Positions 39,201-48,669 of a DNA stretch of 64,000 bases are shown here, piece by piece. Origin of the DNA: Deltaproteobacteria bacterium (lineage in GTDB: Bacteria > Myxococcota > Kuafuiibacteriia > Kuafuiibacteriales > Kuafuiibacteriaceae). Position 1 is the stretch's first letter; every line of letters starts with the position of its first letter. The stretch is from assembly GCA_040218735.1 (NCBI GenBank), contig JAVJQW010000022.1, forward strand, positions 32,001-96,000. The letters are read 5' to 3'. A program made the position numbers and the translations under genes. The notes under the pieces are model-generated. The model worked only from the letters and a program-made list of their open reading frames with translations, was not told the origin of the DNA and did no database searches.

Positions 39201-41555
39201 CTCATCGCCCTGGAGGTCGCGACGGGGATCGCGGCGCAGCGGCTCGTGGACGCCGCCCAGGTGCAGGCGCGCGTCGAGCGACGACGACGCCTGACGTCGG
39301 ACGCCCGGGCGCAGCTCGAAGCCGGCAACGTGGGGCTCGCGCGACTCCTCGCGTTGGAGGCGGCGGCGCTCGGGATGGACCTGGAGGTCGACGGCGTGCT
39401 GCGCACGATCCTCGAACGGCCGCTCTCCCGGCGGTACGCGCTGCCGGCGCTCGAAGATTCGATTCACCGACTGCGCTGGTCGCCGGACGGCAACTACCTC
39501 GCGCGCGCGGGGTCGGGGGCGTTTTCGATCCACCCCCACGACACCCCCGACGACGCGATCCTCGTCCCCGCGAACGGCTACGGGACCGGCCTGTCCTGGA
39601 GCCCGGACCAGACCAAGCTCGCGCGCGGGAGCCACGACCGCACCGAGCGCATCTACGACGTCTCGCGCCTCCCTCAGGCGCCGCAACAGATCGCGATGCG
39701 TTCGACGAACACCTGGCGCGGCTGGGGCGTCGCGTTCCACCCCGAGGGCGATCGACTGCTCGGCACCGACCAAAACGGCGCTTCGATCTGGACCCTCCCC
39801 GGCACCCTCGACTCCGTCCGCCTCGAACACGAAGGTCCGATCAACTGGGCCGCGTGGGACGCGGACGGAAAGTGGGTCGTGACCACCGGGGAAGACGGGC
39901 GCATCGGCCTGTGGAACGCGGCGACCGGAGCACGGGTGCGCTGGTTACACGAAGGCGAAGCGAAGCCCGGCATCGCGGCCTTCAACCGGGATGGCGTGCT
40001 CGCTGCGGCGGACGGGAGGCACGTCCTGCTCTGGACCGACCCCGAGCAGGGCGACGCGAAGGTGCTGCACGGTCACCACCGATCGGTCGTGCACATCGCG
40101 TGGTCCACCTCCGGGCGACGCCTCGCGACCGCCTCGGACGATCTGTCCGTGCGCCTGTGGAACGCGGCGGGTGAGCTGCAGACCGTGGTGTGGGGCCACA
40201 GCACGCCGGCGCAGGTGCTCGCGTGGCACCCCGACCACGAGGTCCTCGCGAGCGGCGGACACGATGGGCGCACCAACCTCTGGGACGGCGAGACGGGGCG
40301 AAGTCTCCTGCGGATCGGAGGCAAGAGCGGCGTCACGTCCATCGACTGGCGACCGCAAGGTGACTTGCTCGCGACGGGCCGCGCCGACGGCACGACGCAG
40401 GTCTGGGATCCCGACTCGCGCGCCTCCGTCACGCGGCGTTACGCCGGTGAGCCGGCGTCGCGCGTCACGGTGTTCCCGTCGGATCCTTCTCGGGTCCTCA
40501 CGAGCACGCGCGACGGTCGCGTGGAGATCTGGTCGAGCATCAACGGACGGCCCGAGCAGGTCCTCCGCGAATCCGACGGACACGCGGTCGAAGCGGCGCT
40601 GCACCCGGACGCTTCGGCGGTGGCGTTCGGTCGTGAGCACCGCCTGACGATCGTCGACCTCACCACCGGTGAAGAGACCGTCGTCGACACGCCAAAGGGG
40701 GCGGTCGAGCGGATTCGCTGGTCGCCGGACGGCAAGTACGTCGCGTTCACCGGCGACGAACGCTGTCAGGTCGTGGACGTGCAGACCCGGACGGTCGCGT
40801 TCGTCTCGGACGACATCGGCGCGATCACCACGGTGGAGTGGTCACCGGACTCCACACGTTTGTTGATCGGTGCGTGGTTGGCGCGCGAGCCGGTGCACGT
40901 GTGGGCCTTCGCCGACGGACCGAGGCCGGTGCGCCTCCCGCTCGCGCACCGCGACGGCGTGTGGAAGGTGGCGTGGAGCACCGACGGCACCAAGATCGCG
41001 TCGGGCAGCAACGAGGACGGAACGCTGGCCGCGGCGCGCCTCGACGGGACGCAGATCGTCGGCGACATCGTGTACGCCACACACGCGAGCGCCGTGCTCG
41101 ACGTGAAGTGGTCTCCCACCGGCAACCTCGTCGCGACGGCCAGCGGCGATCGCAAGGTGCGCGTCCTCGACTTCGACTCGGGCCGTGCGGAGACGATCGG
41201 CGAGCACGACGAAGCGGTCTTCACGGTGCGGTGGAGCGACGACGGCCGACACCTCGTCTCGGGCGGCGGCGACGCCGTGGCGCGGATCTGGTCGGTCGCG
41301 GAGCGGACGCCGGTCGCGGTGATCCGCGGCCACGAGAACAGGGTCTTCGGCGTCGGTTACCTCGACCGGGACAAGAGCCTCCTCACCGCGAGCGACGACG
41401 GGACGATCCGCGTGCACCTCGCGTCGAGCGTCGACGTGCGCGACGCGGTCGCGGAGTCGGCGTCGCGACTCACGATGACACCTGAGGAGTGGGCGAAGTG
41501 GATGCCGAGCGGCGAGCCGCTGCGTCCGTCGTGGCCGCCGGGGTCCTCCTCGTGA
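36213..41555 (+). CDS. cNMP-binding x2 + patatin phospholipase + OmpA_C-like + WD40 repeat protein
   Basis: VVVDGQVRL and YVVVSGRL (cNMP); ALGGGGAFG, GSSFG, LLDGG (patatin); many WSPDG/ATASDD..VRLWN repeats. Confidence 0.85.
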   Translation: MNTPREIALAEKLACLRAVPEFRGLSEEALTPLAKAMEMRVYPPPGGPGVLMGRLLGLVGNGDEHWITHPNRPVAERLLSVVVDGQVRLVQTQNGEPWSRALGPGTLFNEEGVAHALGMRGPEGMKIGAAPVGRAWVLELPKAKVESVLGRDPEQSAVLSGVLRGFVSAQYAPPVVQVMKRDPSLGNARLDDLYALAEGAEVVHLKRGAPVPYFEPGQVPQYFYVVVSGRLVSAPRGLPDPVAVGTRVDTAFPIGLSQMIRRQVLSEQLYAADDVTVMAIGADRFQELLYTNTDFFRAILEGAGVDPLRGQRDQQTDVDVVLVAASPKLETPIGPVTDLLGEAIASHMYDRTCVLHVLPPGEGPVPNTQRILAPHHDSRYPGATAVTHHYARADAEGVEAVDRVIEALREERAHDQDVAHDIILVDISRLESASTTLTRFAALKALTRICFVIDDPEDYVPFSMLLRSVEVVTVGVLPAFRDQRPIGLVMEEMHDHFQEQSVLSRVKQASSTVFGYGRTRLQRRAESAQRYAERLMRPWEYADGSPIAMPPWPPRTTRVRFDPELLEAVYARVNAPADAAPLKLGDWEASRDSINRWARGVTGRRVGIALGGGGAFGYVHAALIRRLRSDDYDVPIDLVSGSSFGAVVGAYYAGGDTDFERLIDHWYLMTAAVSVGIVTTASMTLAIDLDVGAYDMNEIEISYYPVVTDADTGTEWSLRRGTLGRGVRASGSLPPMAPTIEGVRRLLDGGLVANVPVQVLHDEGAGMIIASNPIPDPAPREPKAPLPIPFLGAFLRSSEPIDRIMDGFRSTLILMRAAGASQERFADLVYAAETRGTTMFRFQDRKQIMAEAERDPERRLDQAAERALLRWRRSLRRPPTRVQVLESGEIHVPAGLCFMERAGREVFTETAAEILGEVAAFLRASPQIRKVGVHIPIQSARGEEAVGPHRLAAGDTDADERASRVVEELTQRGVEPDRLQILKHGSARFTRGREVELIALEVATGIAAQRLVDAAQVQARVERRRRLTSDARAQLEAGNVGLARLLALEAAALGMDLEVDGVLRTILERPLSRRYALPALEDSIHRLRWSPDGNYLARAGSGAFSIHPHDTPDDAILVPANGYGTGLSWSPDQTKLARGSHDRTERIYDVSRLPQAPQQIAMRSTNTWRGWGVAFHPEGDRLLGTDQNGASIWTLPGTLDSVRLEHEGPINWAAWDADGKWVVTTGEDGRIGLWNAATGARVRWLHEGEAKPGIAAFNRDGVLAAADGRHVLLWTDPEQGDAKVLHGHHRSVVHIAWSTSGRRLATASDDLSVRLWNAAGELQTVVWGHSTPAQVLAWHPDHEVLASGGHDGRTNLWDGETGRSLLRIGGKSGVTSIDWRPQGDLLATGRADGTTQVWDPDSRASVTRRYAGEPASRVTVFPSDPSRVLTSTRDGRVEIWSSINGRPEQVLRESDGHAVEAALHPDASAVAFGREHRLTIVDLTTGEETVVDTPKGAVERIRWSPDGKYVAFTGDERCQVVDVQTRTVAFVSDDIGAITTVEWSPDSTRLLIGAWLAREPVHVWAFADGPRPVRLPLAHRDGVWKVAWSTDGTKIASGSNEDGTLAAARLDGTQIVGDIVYATHASAVLDVKWSPTGNLVATASGDRKVRVLDFDSGRAETIGEHDEAVFTVRWSDDGRHLVSGGGDAVARIWSVAERTPVAVIRGHENRVFGVGYLDRDKSLLTASDDGTIRVHLASSVDVRDAVAESASRLTMTPEEWAKWMPSGEPLRPSWPPGSSS

Positions 41556-42691
41556 AGACCGAAGCGTGGGCGATCCGAAGCGGCGACGGGCCCGGCGCGC
41601 TGGAGCGCATCGAGCTGACGCTGCGTCCCCCCGGACCGCACGAGGTCCTCGTCGAGCCGCTCTACGGATCGTGGGAAGCGAACATGTCGCACGCGATCGC
41701 GCGGCGCCCGGTCGACGTGTGCAAGATGCGAAACGAGCCGTTCGTCGTGCTCGGCAACTCCGGCGTCGGGCGCGTCGTCGCGTGTGGGCCCGGAGTGACG
41801 CTCGCGGAGGGCGACGTGTGCCTGTACGCCCTGCCCCACGAGTTCGACCCGTACGGCTACCCCGAGCGGTTGATGGGCTTCGACCGACCGCACGTGCACG
41901 GCCTCCTCGCGCGGCGCGGGCTGTGGCGCGCCGAAGACCTCCACCCGCTGCCGAAGGACACACGTCACTCGCTGCGACAGTGGGCGGCGTTCTCGGTGCG
42001 CTTCCTCTCCGCCTGGTCGAGCTGGAAGGTCGCGCACGGCGCGTGGCGGCTGCAGATGGACGAGTCCGATCAACGTGTCCCGTACGTCTTCGGCTGGGGC
42101 GGCGGGACGACGCTCGCGACGCTCCAGCTCGCTCGGCTGTTCGGCGCCGACGCCACGATGGTCGCGTCGAGCCCCGCGCGCCTCGAGCAGATCGAGTCGC
42201 TGGGCATCCACCCGCTGGATCGCCGCGACTACCTCGACCTCGTACACGACGAGACCCGGATGAAGGACCCCGCGTACGCGGCGCGTTACCGCGAAGCCGA
42301 GCGCCGCTTCCTGCGTGACGTCCGCGGACGCACGGAAGGCCGCGGTGCATCGATCTTCTTCGACTACATCGGGACGCCGGTGTTGCGCGCGACGCTCAAG
42401 GCGCTCGCGCGGCAGGGGGTGCTGGCGACCGCGGGTTGGCTCGAGGGGCGCGACACGAACCTCAACCGCGCGCGAGAGTGCGTGAGCCGGCACATCCACG
42501 TGCACACCCACGGCTATCGGCGGCAGGAGGTCGCGCCCGCGGTGGCGTTCGCGGAGGCGAACGACTGGGTGCCGACGATCCACGACGAAGAGCGCGTGTA
42601 CACCTTCGACGGGATCGACGAGCTCGCCGAGGACTTCGCGGCCGGGCGCGTGACGAGTTACTTCCCGGTGTTCGAGATCAACCCCGCGTGA
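41552..42691 (+). CDS. Medium-chain dehydrogenase/reductase (zinc-binding ADH superfamily)
   Basis: PPGPHEVLV, LGNSGVGRVVACGPGV, WGGGT, GASIFFDYIG; GTGA overlap with the upstream stop. Confidence 0.8.
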   Translation: MKTEAWAIRSGDGPGALERIELTLRPPGPHEVLVEPLYGSWEANMSHAIARRPVDVCKMRNEPFVVLGNSGVGRVVACGPGVTLAEGDVCLYALPHEFDPYGYPERLMGFDRPHVHGLLARRGLWRAEDLHPLPKDTRHSLRQWAAFSVRFLSAWSSWKVAHGAWRLQMDESDQRVPYVFGWGGGTTLATLQLARLFGADATMVASSPARLEQIESLGIHPLDRRDYLDLVHDETRMKDPAYAARYREAERRFLRDVRGRTEGRGASIFFDYIGTPVLRATLKALARQGVLATAGWLEGRDTNLNRARECVSRHIHVHTHGYRRQEVAPAVAFAEANDWVPTIHDEERVYTFDGIDELAEDFAAGRVTSYFPVFEINPA

Positions 42692-43799
42692 GGACGATCT
42701 GATCGAGGACGAGGCCTTCACCGAACGGGAGGTCGTGTTCGATCGCGATCGAGGACCTCGGACGCTGCGGGGTGAAGTGAATCGCGTGGCCGCCGCGCTC
42801 GGTCACTTCGGTCGACGAAGTCACGATCACCGGGTCGCTCAGCAGCGCGATGCCTGAGGGTTCGAGCGTGAAGGTCATCCCGTCCGAAGTCATCGAGCGT
42901 ACGTAAAAGCTCAGCGTGTACGTCTCGCCGGGCTCTGCGTTCTCGAAGATGAGCGTCGGTTGGAAGTTGTCGACGACGTGCCCGAGCATCACGCCCATGC
43001 GCTCCGAGATGCCCTGGTCGGCGCCGGACCAGTGGACCTCGGTCGGCGTGGCGCCGGGGGCGCCCACGACGATCGGTGCGGTGTCGAGATCGAAGCGGAC
43101 GTCGAGGGGGACCGGCTCGCCCGAGCCGTAGATGCTGAAGGACTTCGTCTCGGCGATGCTCCGGGTCGAGTAGTAGGAGAGCATGCGGTCGCGGTAGGCC
43201 TCCTCGTCGGGCTGCTCGGCCTCCGTCTGGTAGAGATCGAACCCCGTCTGGAACGGCACCAACCCGGCGAGCGCGCGGCGCGGCTCGGCGCGCATCTCTT
43301 CGAAGTCCAACACGCGCCCCTCGGAGACGAAGATGCCGGCGTACGTGACGTCGAAGTAGTGCCAAGCGTCGTCGTAGCAGAACTGCACCGCAGTGTGGCC
43401 CGAGCCGGGCTCGATGAAGTTGTAGAGGCTGACCATCTCGGCCCGCAGGCCCGCGCGCTCCGCGAGCTGCTTCGTGACGACGGAGCGCTCTCCGCACAGG
43501 CCGTAGAACGGGATGGCGCGGAGGTGCTGTCCGTCGCCCTGGTCGGCCGCGACCTCGCGGTCGTTGACGGAGCTCAGCGCGACCCAGCGCGCGATCGTCT
43601 CCGCCTTCACGGCGTCGGGCATCTCGGGATCCAGCGCCGGTTCGAGCTGTGTCCAGAGCCAGGAGACGTCCCACTTCTCGGGGTCCGGCGTGTAGTTCGG
43701 CGTCGCGACCGGATCACACTTCGACGTTGGATCCGCGGGCGTCACGACGGGGTGACACGCCGCGATCCCGACCACGATGACGATGGCCGCGCGAGACAC
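42678..43799 (-). CDS. Lipoprotein with transglutaminase-like domain
   Basis: Lipobox GIAAC; GLCGERS (Cys), GHTAVQ (His), WHYFDVTY (Asp). Confidence 0.7.
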   Translation of the reverse strand: MSRAAIVIVVGIAACHPVVTPADPTSKCDPVATPNYTPDPEKWDVSWLWTQLEPALDPEMPDAVKAETIARWVALSSVNDREVAADQGDGQHLRAIPFYGLCGERSVVTKQLAERAGLRAEMVSLYNFIEPGSGHTAVQFCYDDAWHYFDVTYAGIFVSEGRVLDFEEMRAEPRRALAGLVPFQTGFDLYQTEAEQPDEEAYRDRMLSYYSTRSIAETKSFSIYGSGEPVPLDVRFDLDTAPIVVGAPGATPTEVHWSGADQGISERMGVMLGHVVDNFQPTLIFENAEPGETYTLSFYVRSMTSDGMTFTLEPSGIALLSDPVIVTSSTEVTERGGHAIHFTPQRPRSSIAIEHDLPFGEGLVLDQIVLTRG

Positions 43800-43841
43800 G
43801 ATGCCGTGTCTATTCGGTGAAGCGCGCGCTCGGCGCAAAAA

Positions 43842-44987
43842 TCAGGCTGACGTGATCGCCCGCTCCAACGTCACGAGCAGCGACGCCGCGCTCTCTTCCC
43901 AGGTCGGCACCTGCGCGAGCTGCGTGATGCGCTCCGGTTCGACGGGCTCTGCGAGCTGCGCCGCGAGCGCGTCCGCGAGCGCCTCGGGGTTGCTCGGCGG
44001 CACGAGGCGGCCCAGCGCCGGGTGGTGTACGGCCTCGGGGATCCCACCCACGTGGGTCGCGACGACCGGGCGACCGCACGCGTGGGCCTCGCGGACGACG
44101 TTCGGCATGCCCTCATCCCAGCTCGGCAGCGTGAGGACGTCGCACGCCGCAAGGTAGGTTGCGATCTGCTCGTGCGGCTTGCGCCCCACTGCGCGGACGG
44201 TCGGGTTCGCCTGGAGGGTGTCGAGCATCGGGCCGTCGCCCACGTAGAGCACGGTCGCGTTCGGCGTGGTCCTCGAGAGGAGCTCGGCGGCGCGCAGCAG
44301 ATCCTCGGCGCCTTTGTGGTCGGCGAGGTGGCCGACGTAGAGGATCAGGCGGTCGACGTCGGTGAGGCCGAGCGTGCGGCGCGCGGCGTCGCGGTCGCGG
44401 ACGTGGAAACGCTCGCGGTCGATGCCGTTGTAGACCACGTCGATGCGTTCACGCGGCACGTTCAACAGCTGCGCCGCCTCCGCGAGCTTCTCACTCACGC
44501 AGACGACGCGCTCGGCGCGCGGGAGGAGCTGCTCCATCTGCAGGCGCGCGCTGAGGTGCTCGGGGACGCGGTTGAGATCACTCCCATGGCACTTCACGAC
44601 GACCGGGAGGCCCTGCGCCTTCGCCGCGACCAACGCACCGCACGCGTCGGGATACGCGTAGGCGCCGAGCACCAAGTCGTAGCGCTGCCCGCGCAGGCGC
44701 CGCGCCGCGAGGTGCGCGGTGACGGACGACGCCACCGACGCCGCGTTCAGCGCAACCGCGCCCGGCACGGTGAGGAAACGAGGGCGGAACACGTCGATGC
44801 CGTCGAAGACCTCGTGCCGCGAGAGGCCGCTTCGCAGCGGCGGGAAGATCTTCCTCGGGACGAGCGCGAAGATCTCGACGTCGGCGATCTCGGCGAGCGC
44901 GCGGAACTGCTGACGGTTGAACGGCGCGAAGTCCGGCCGCGCTTCGCTCGGGTAGAGGTTCGTGACGACGAGGACCGAGCGGCGCAC
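43842..44987 (-). CDS. GT4 glycosyltransferase (TuaC-like)
   Basis: VLVVTNLYPS, CHGSDLN, LPSWDEGMPNVVREAHACGRPVVATHVGGIPE. Confidence 0.9.
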   Translation of the reverse strand: MRRSVLVVTNLYPSEARPDFAPFNRQQFRALAEIADVEIFALVPRKIFPPLRSGLSRHEVFDGIDVFRPRFLTVPGAVALNAASVASSVTAHLAARRLRGQRYDLVLGAYAYPDACGALVAAKAQGLPVVVKCHGSDLNRVPEHLSARLQMEQLLPRAERVVCVSEKLAEAAQLLNVPRERIDVVYNGIDRERFHVRDRDAARRTLGLTDVDRLILYVGHLADHKGAEDLLRAAELLSRTTPNATVLYVGDGPMLDTLQANPTVRAVGRKPHEQIATYLAACDVLTLPSWDEGMPNVVREAHACGRPVVATHVGGIPEAVHHPALGRLVPPSNPEALADALAAQLAEPVEPERITQLAQVPTWEESAASLLVTLERAITSA

Positions 44988-44988
44988 G

Positions 44989-45522
44989 TCAGGCGGCCTT
45001 CGTTTCCTGCAGCGTGTCGAGCGCGCGCCGCACGCTCCGTTCGGCGCGGTCGAGGCAGGCGTGCACCTCGTCGACGTAGCCGTCCGCCGAGGCGGACCAC
45101 GCGCGGTTGAGCGCGCGTTCGCCGCTCGCGAAGGCGTCCATCGTGCGCGCGTAGACGTCGAGGCCGTGCACGGTGGCGATCGTCTCACGAACTTCGACGA
45201 AGCGGTTCACGTCGTGCATCACGTCCGCGTCGATGCGGCCGTGGATGCCGTAGACGCCGACACGCTCGCGCTCCGCGTTGAGGGCTTCGATCGCGGCGAG
45301 TGTCGCGGCCAAGCTCTCGTGGACGACCTGCAGCTCCGCCGCCGCGGCCTTGTGATCCGTCGTTCCGCCGCGCGCCGTGAGGCGTAGGAGCACGACGCCC
45401 GCGATCGCGATCGCAACGGTGATGCCGTACTGCCACCACGTCACGGTCGACAGCTCGCGCACCGTGACGAACGTACCCGCGGTGACGCCGAGAAAGAAGA
45501 GGACGAGCCCTGCGATACGCAT
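44989..45522 (-). CDS. Two-TM membrane protein following the OPT transporter
   Basis: Two N-terminal hydrophobic helices then a helical domain (FASGERALNRAWSASADGY). Confidence 0.75.
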   Translation of the reverse strand: MRIAGLVLFFLGVTAGTFVTVRELSTVTWWQYGITVAIAIAGVVLLRLTARGGTTDHKAAAAELQVVHESLAATLAAIEALNAERERVGVYGIHGRIDADVMHDVNRFVEVRETIATVHGLDVYARTMDAFASGERALNRAWSASADGYVDEVHACLDRAERSVRRALDTLQETKAA

Positions 45523-45525
45523 GGT

Positions 45526-47289
45526 TCAGCTCCCCGCCGCCGCGGCGATCTTGACGAGGGCGATGCCCACGCCGACGAGCGCCTCGCCGACGATCAACCC
45601 GGCCGCGACCGGGATGCCGACGTTTTCGCACCACTCGCGGCCCTTCACGCGCTGCAGGAGCACGCGGTTGGCGACGCCGATCGTGTACGTGAGGACGATG
45701 TTGAAGGGCATGTAGAAGCCGAGCCCGATGAGGACGCCGATGCCGCCGAGCCCGGACAGCGCCATCACGAACCCGATGCCGGCCCCCGCGCCGTAGCGGA
45801 ACGTCGGCACGTCGCCGCCCATGATACCGCCGACCATGCTCGCGAGCGCCTGGCCTTGCGGCGCGGGGAGCTTCTCGCTCCCGAGCCCGTACGCTTCGTG
45901 GAGGACGAAGATCAGGCCCATGACGAGGATGGGGCCGAGCCAGGTCGCGAGGAACTGGCCGATCTGCTGCGCGCGCGGGCTGGCGCCGGTGAGGTAGCCG
46001 CTCTTGAGGTCGAGCATCATGTCGCCCGCCTGCGCGATGGCCACGCAAATCGCGGCGCCGACGATCACACTCACGACGATCGTCGAGCGGTCCGACATCC
46101 CGCTCGCGACGAAGATCAGGATCGTCACCGCGATGAGCGTCATGCCGGAGAGCGGTGACCAGTTCGTGCGGCCGAGGCACTCGGCGACGATGACGCCGGC
46201 GACCCAGATCCACAGCGTCCCCACGACCGCCATCGCGATGGCGCGGAGGATCGTCATCTCGGGTGCGGAGAAGAACGCAAACGCGGTGAGGCCGACCGCC
46301 GCGAGCGCGACCCCCGCGTAGAGCACCTTGATCGGGAGCTCGTCGTTGTCGCGGGCCAGCTCCGACGAGGCGCGACCCGCCTCCTGCATCGAGCTGATGG
46401 CGCTCTTGATCAGCGGGAACGCCGCGATGACACCACCGATCGCCGCGCCGATCAGGATGCCGATCCCCGCCGGCTGGAACAGCGCCCCGCGGAGCGCGCC
46501 CGGCCCGGCCTTCAGGACCGGCTCCACCTCGGGCCCGCCGAACACGGTGAGGAGCGGCGCGAAGAGCCAGTAACAGGCGAAGCCGCCGATGCCGAACGTG
46601 ATGCCACCTTTGCCGGAGAGGAAGCCGACGCCGACGGTGAGCAGCGAGAGGTACAGCGCGACGTTGAGGTAGCTGGGCAGGCCGAGCTGCGCGCCGAGCT
46701 CCCAGGTCTCGTGGTGGACCTCGATGACCTGCGTGACGATCAGGTGGACGACTGCGGAGACGATCGCGCCGCCCACGAGGAGCATCGCCTTCTTGAGTCC
46801 CGCGCCCGGCGACTTGAGGATCGCGGCGACCGCGATGCCGCCCGGGTAGGCGAGGCGGTTGAAGTCGATCATCTGCTTCCGCAGCGGCACGATGAACGCG
46901 ATGCCGAGCACGCCGCCGGTGATGCAGGCGAGCACCATCAGGTACGGGTTGAAGTCGATGAGGCCCGGCGTGTCCTTCTCGAGGATGAACAGCGCGGGCA
47001 CGGAGAACATCATCCCGGCCGACGCGCCGTTCACGGCGGAGGCGACGGTCTGGTTCACGTTGTTCTCGACGATCGAGGAGCGCCTCAGGATCCCGCGGAG
47101 GATGCCCCAGCCTAGGATGGCGGCGAGCTCGGAGCCCTCGATCGAGAAGCCGAGGATCAGGCTGGCGTAGCCGATGCTGATCGCGATCAGCGCGCCCAGC
47201 CCGTAACCCACGAGGATCCCGACCCAGGTCAGCTCCGGGTACGGTCCACGTCGAATCGGGCGACCCTGCGGGTCGAGGGCGGCGGTCAT
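45526..47289 (-). CDS. OPT/YSL family oligopeptide transporter
   Basis: PELTW, ENNVNQTVASA, LAYPGGIA, DMMLDLKSGYLTGASPRAQQ, LPAPQ, AAGLIVGE. Confidence 0.92.
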   Translation of the reverse strand: MTAALDPQGRPIRRGPYPELTWVGILVGYGLGALIAISIGYASLILGFSIEGSELAAILGWGILRGILRRSSIVENNVNQTVASAVNGASAGMMFSVPALFILEKDTPGLIDFNPYLMVLACITGGVLGIAFIVPLRKQMIDFNRLAYPGGIAVAAILKSPGAGLKKAMLLVGGAIVSAVVHLIVTQVIEVHHETWELGAQLGLPSYLNVALYLSLLTVGVGFLSGKGGITFGIGGFACYWLFAPLLTVFGGPEVEPVLKAGPGALRGALFQPAGIGILIGAAIGGVIAAFPLIKSAISSMQEAGRASSELARDNDELPIKVLYAGVALAAVGLTAFAFFSAPEMTILRAIAMAVVGTLWIWVAGVIVAECLGRTNWSPLSGMTLIAVTILIFVASGMSDRSTIVVSVIVGAAICVAIAQAGDMMLDLKSGYLTGASPRAQQIGQFLATWLGPILVMGLIFVLHEAYGLGSEKLPAPQGQALASMVGGIMGGDVPTFRYGAGAGIGFVMALSGLGGIGVLIGLGFYMPFNIVLTYTIGVANRVLLQRVKGREWCENVGIPVAAGLIVGEALVGVGIALVKIAAAAGS

Positions 47290-47399
47290 CGGCGCCCTTA
47301 CAGCGCGCTCGGTCGGGGCGGTCAAGCGATCTGGTCCCGACTGGCGGCGTGAAGTTTGTCTTGGGGCCTTCGCGGCGCTTCCGCTAGCTTGGCGCCGCG

Positions 47400-48281
47400 A
47401 TGACGAGGACCGCCGAGCACGACAAGTTGGAGCGTCAGCTCGAGCGGCAGATCCGCCAGACGTCGAAGCGCTACGGCCTCCTCGCAGAGGGCGACAAGGT
47501 GCTCGTCGCGATCTCCGGCGGCAAGGACAGCTACACGATGCTGCGCATCCTCTCGCGCATCGCCACGCGGTTGCCGTTCGACGTGGAGCTGGTCGCGGTG
47601 CACCTCGACCAGCAGCAGCCGGGTTACGACGGGCGGCCGCTCGTCGAGTGGTTGGAGCAGCACGCAAACGTCGCGTACGAGATCCTCTCGGAGGACACGT
47701 ACTCGGTGGTGACGGACCACCTCGATGCGGCGTCGACGTACTGCTCGCTGTGCTCGCGCCTGCGCCGCGGCATCCTCTACACGGCGGCGGAGCGCCTCGG
47801 CTGCAACAAGATCGCGCTGGGCCATCACCGCGAGGACACGCTCGAGACGTTCATGATGAACCTCTTCTACGCGGGCAAGCTCCAGGCGATGCCGGCGAAG
47901 TACACGACCGACGACGGTCGCTTCGAGGTCATCCGCCCCATGATCGAGTGCAGCGAGGACAAGATTCGACGCTACGCCGAGCTGGAGGCGTTCCCGATCC
48001 TCCCCTGCAACCTGTGCGGCTCGCAGAGCGGCCTGAAGCGCGAGCTGATGGGGCAGATGCTGGAGCATATGGAGCAGACGAACCCGCACGTGCGCGCGGT
48101 GATGCTCAACGCGCTGACGAACGTGCGCCCGACGCACCTGCTCGACCAGGACGTGTTGGCGGCGTGGTCGGAGCGCGACGAAGCGATTCGGCCGGACGCG
48201 GAGGTCACGCCGCGCCGCGCCCACGCGGCCGCGGAGCCGGTGCTGAAACGGAACGCCCGGTTGCCGATCTTGGAGCACTGA
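47400..48281 (+). CDS. ttcA: tRNA 2-thiocytidine(32) synthetase
   Basis: ISGGKDS, CSLCSRLRRG, ALGHHRED, PCNLCGSQ. Confidence 0.95.
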   Translation: MTRTAEHDKLERQLERQIRQTSKRYGLLAEGDKVLVAISGGKDSYTMLRILSRIATRLPFDVELVAVHLDQQQPGYDGRPLVEWLEQHANVAYEILSEDTYSVVTDHLDAASTYCSLCSRLRRGILYTAAERLGCNKIALGHHREDTLETFMMNLFYAGKLQAMPAKYTTDDGRFEVIRPMIECSEDKIRRYAELEAFPILPCNLCGSQSGLKRELMGQMLEHMEQTNPHVRAVMLNALTNVRPTHLLDQDVLAAWSERDEAIRPDAEVTPRRAHAAAEPVLKRNARLPILEH

Positions 48282-48327
48282 TCGCTTTGTCCGGTGACGC
48301 TCCCGTCGTCGTCGCTACGATGTCCGG

Positions 48328-48669
48328 GTGACGGTCCGCATCACGCCCCTGAAGGTCGTCTTCCTCCTCGCGCCGCTCCTCCTCCTCGTCTTCGGCCTCG
48401 AGCACTACGACGCCTACTGGGTGCCGCGCGGACCGAAGAACGTCATCGCCGGGGAGGCGCTGCTCTTCACCACGGGCTTTTGCTACTTCACCCTCCTCCT
48501 CAGCTACGTGCCGTTCGTGCACGACTTCCTGAGCCAGGGCTTCTGGTACAAGTTCCACTTCGTCCGTTCGAGCCCCGGCCAGGCGAGCGTCGCGCTGTTC
48601 GTGGTGCGCTGGGGCGCGCAGCTGCTGTTGTGGACGGTCGCGATCCTCGCGGCCACCGGCCGGGGTTAG
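48328..48669 (+). CDS. Small three-TM hypothetical protein
   Basis: 113 aa, three hydrophobic segments, GC3-biased codons. Confidence 0.6.
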   Translation: MTVRITPLKVVFLLAPLLLLVFGLEHYDAYWVPRGPKNVIAGEALLFTTGFCYFTLLLSYVPFVHDFLSQGFWYKFHFVRSSPGQASVALFVVRWGAQLLLWTVAILAATGRG

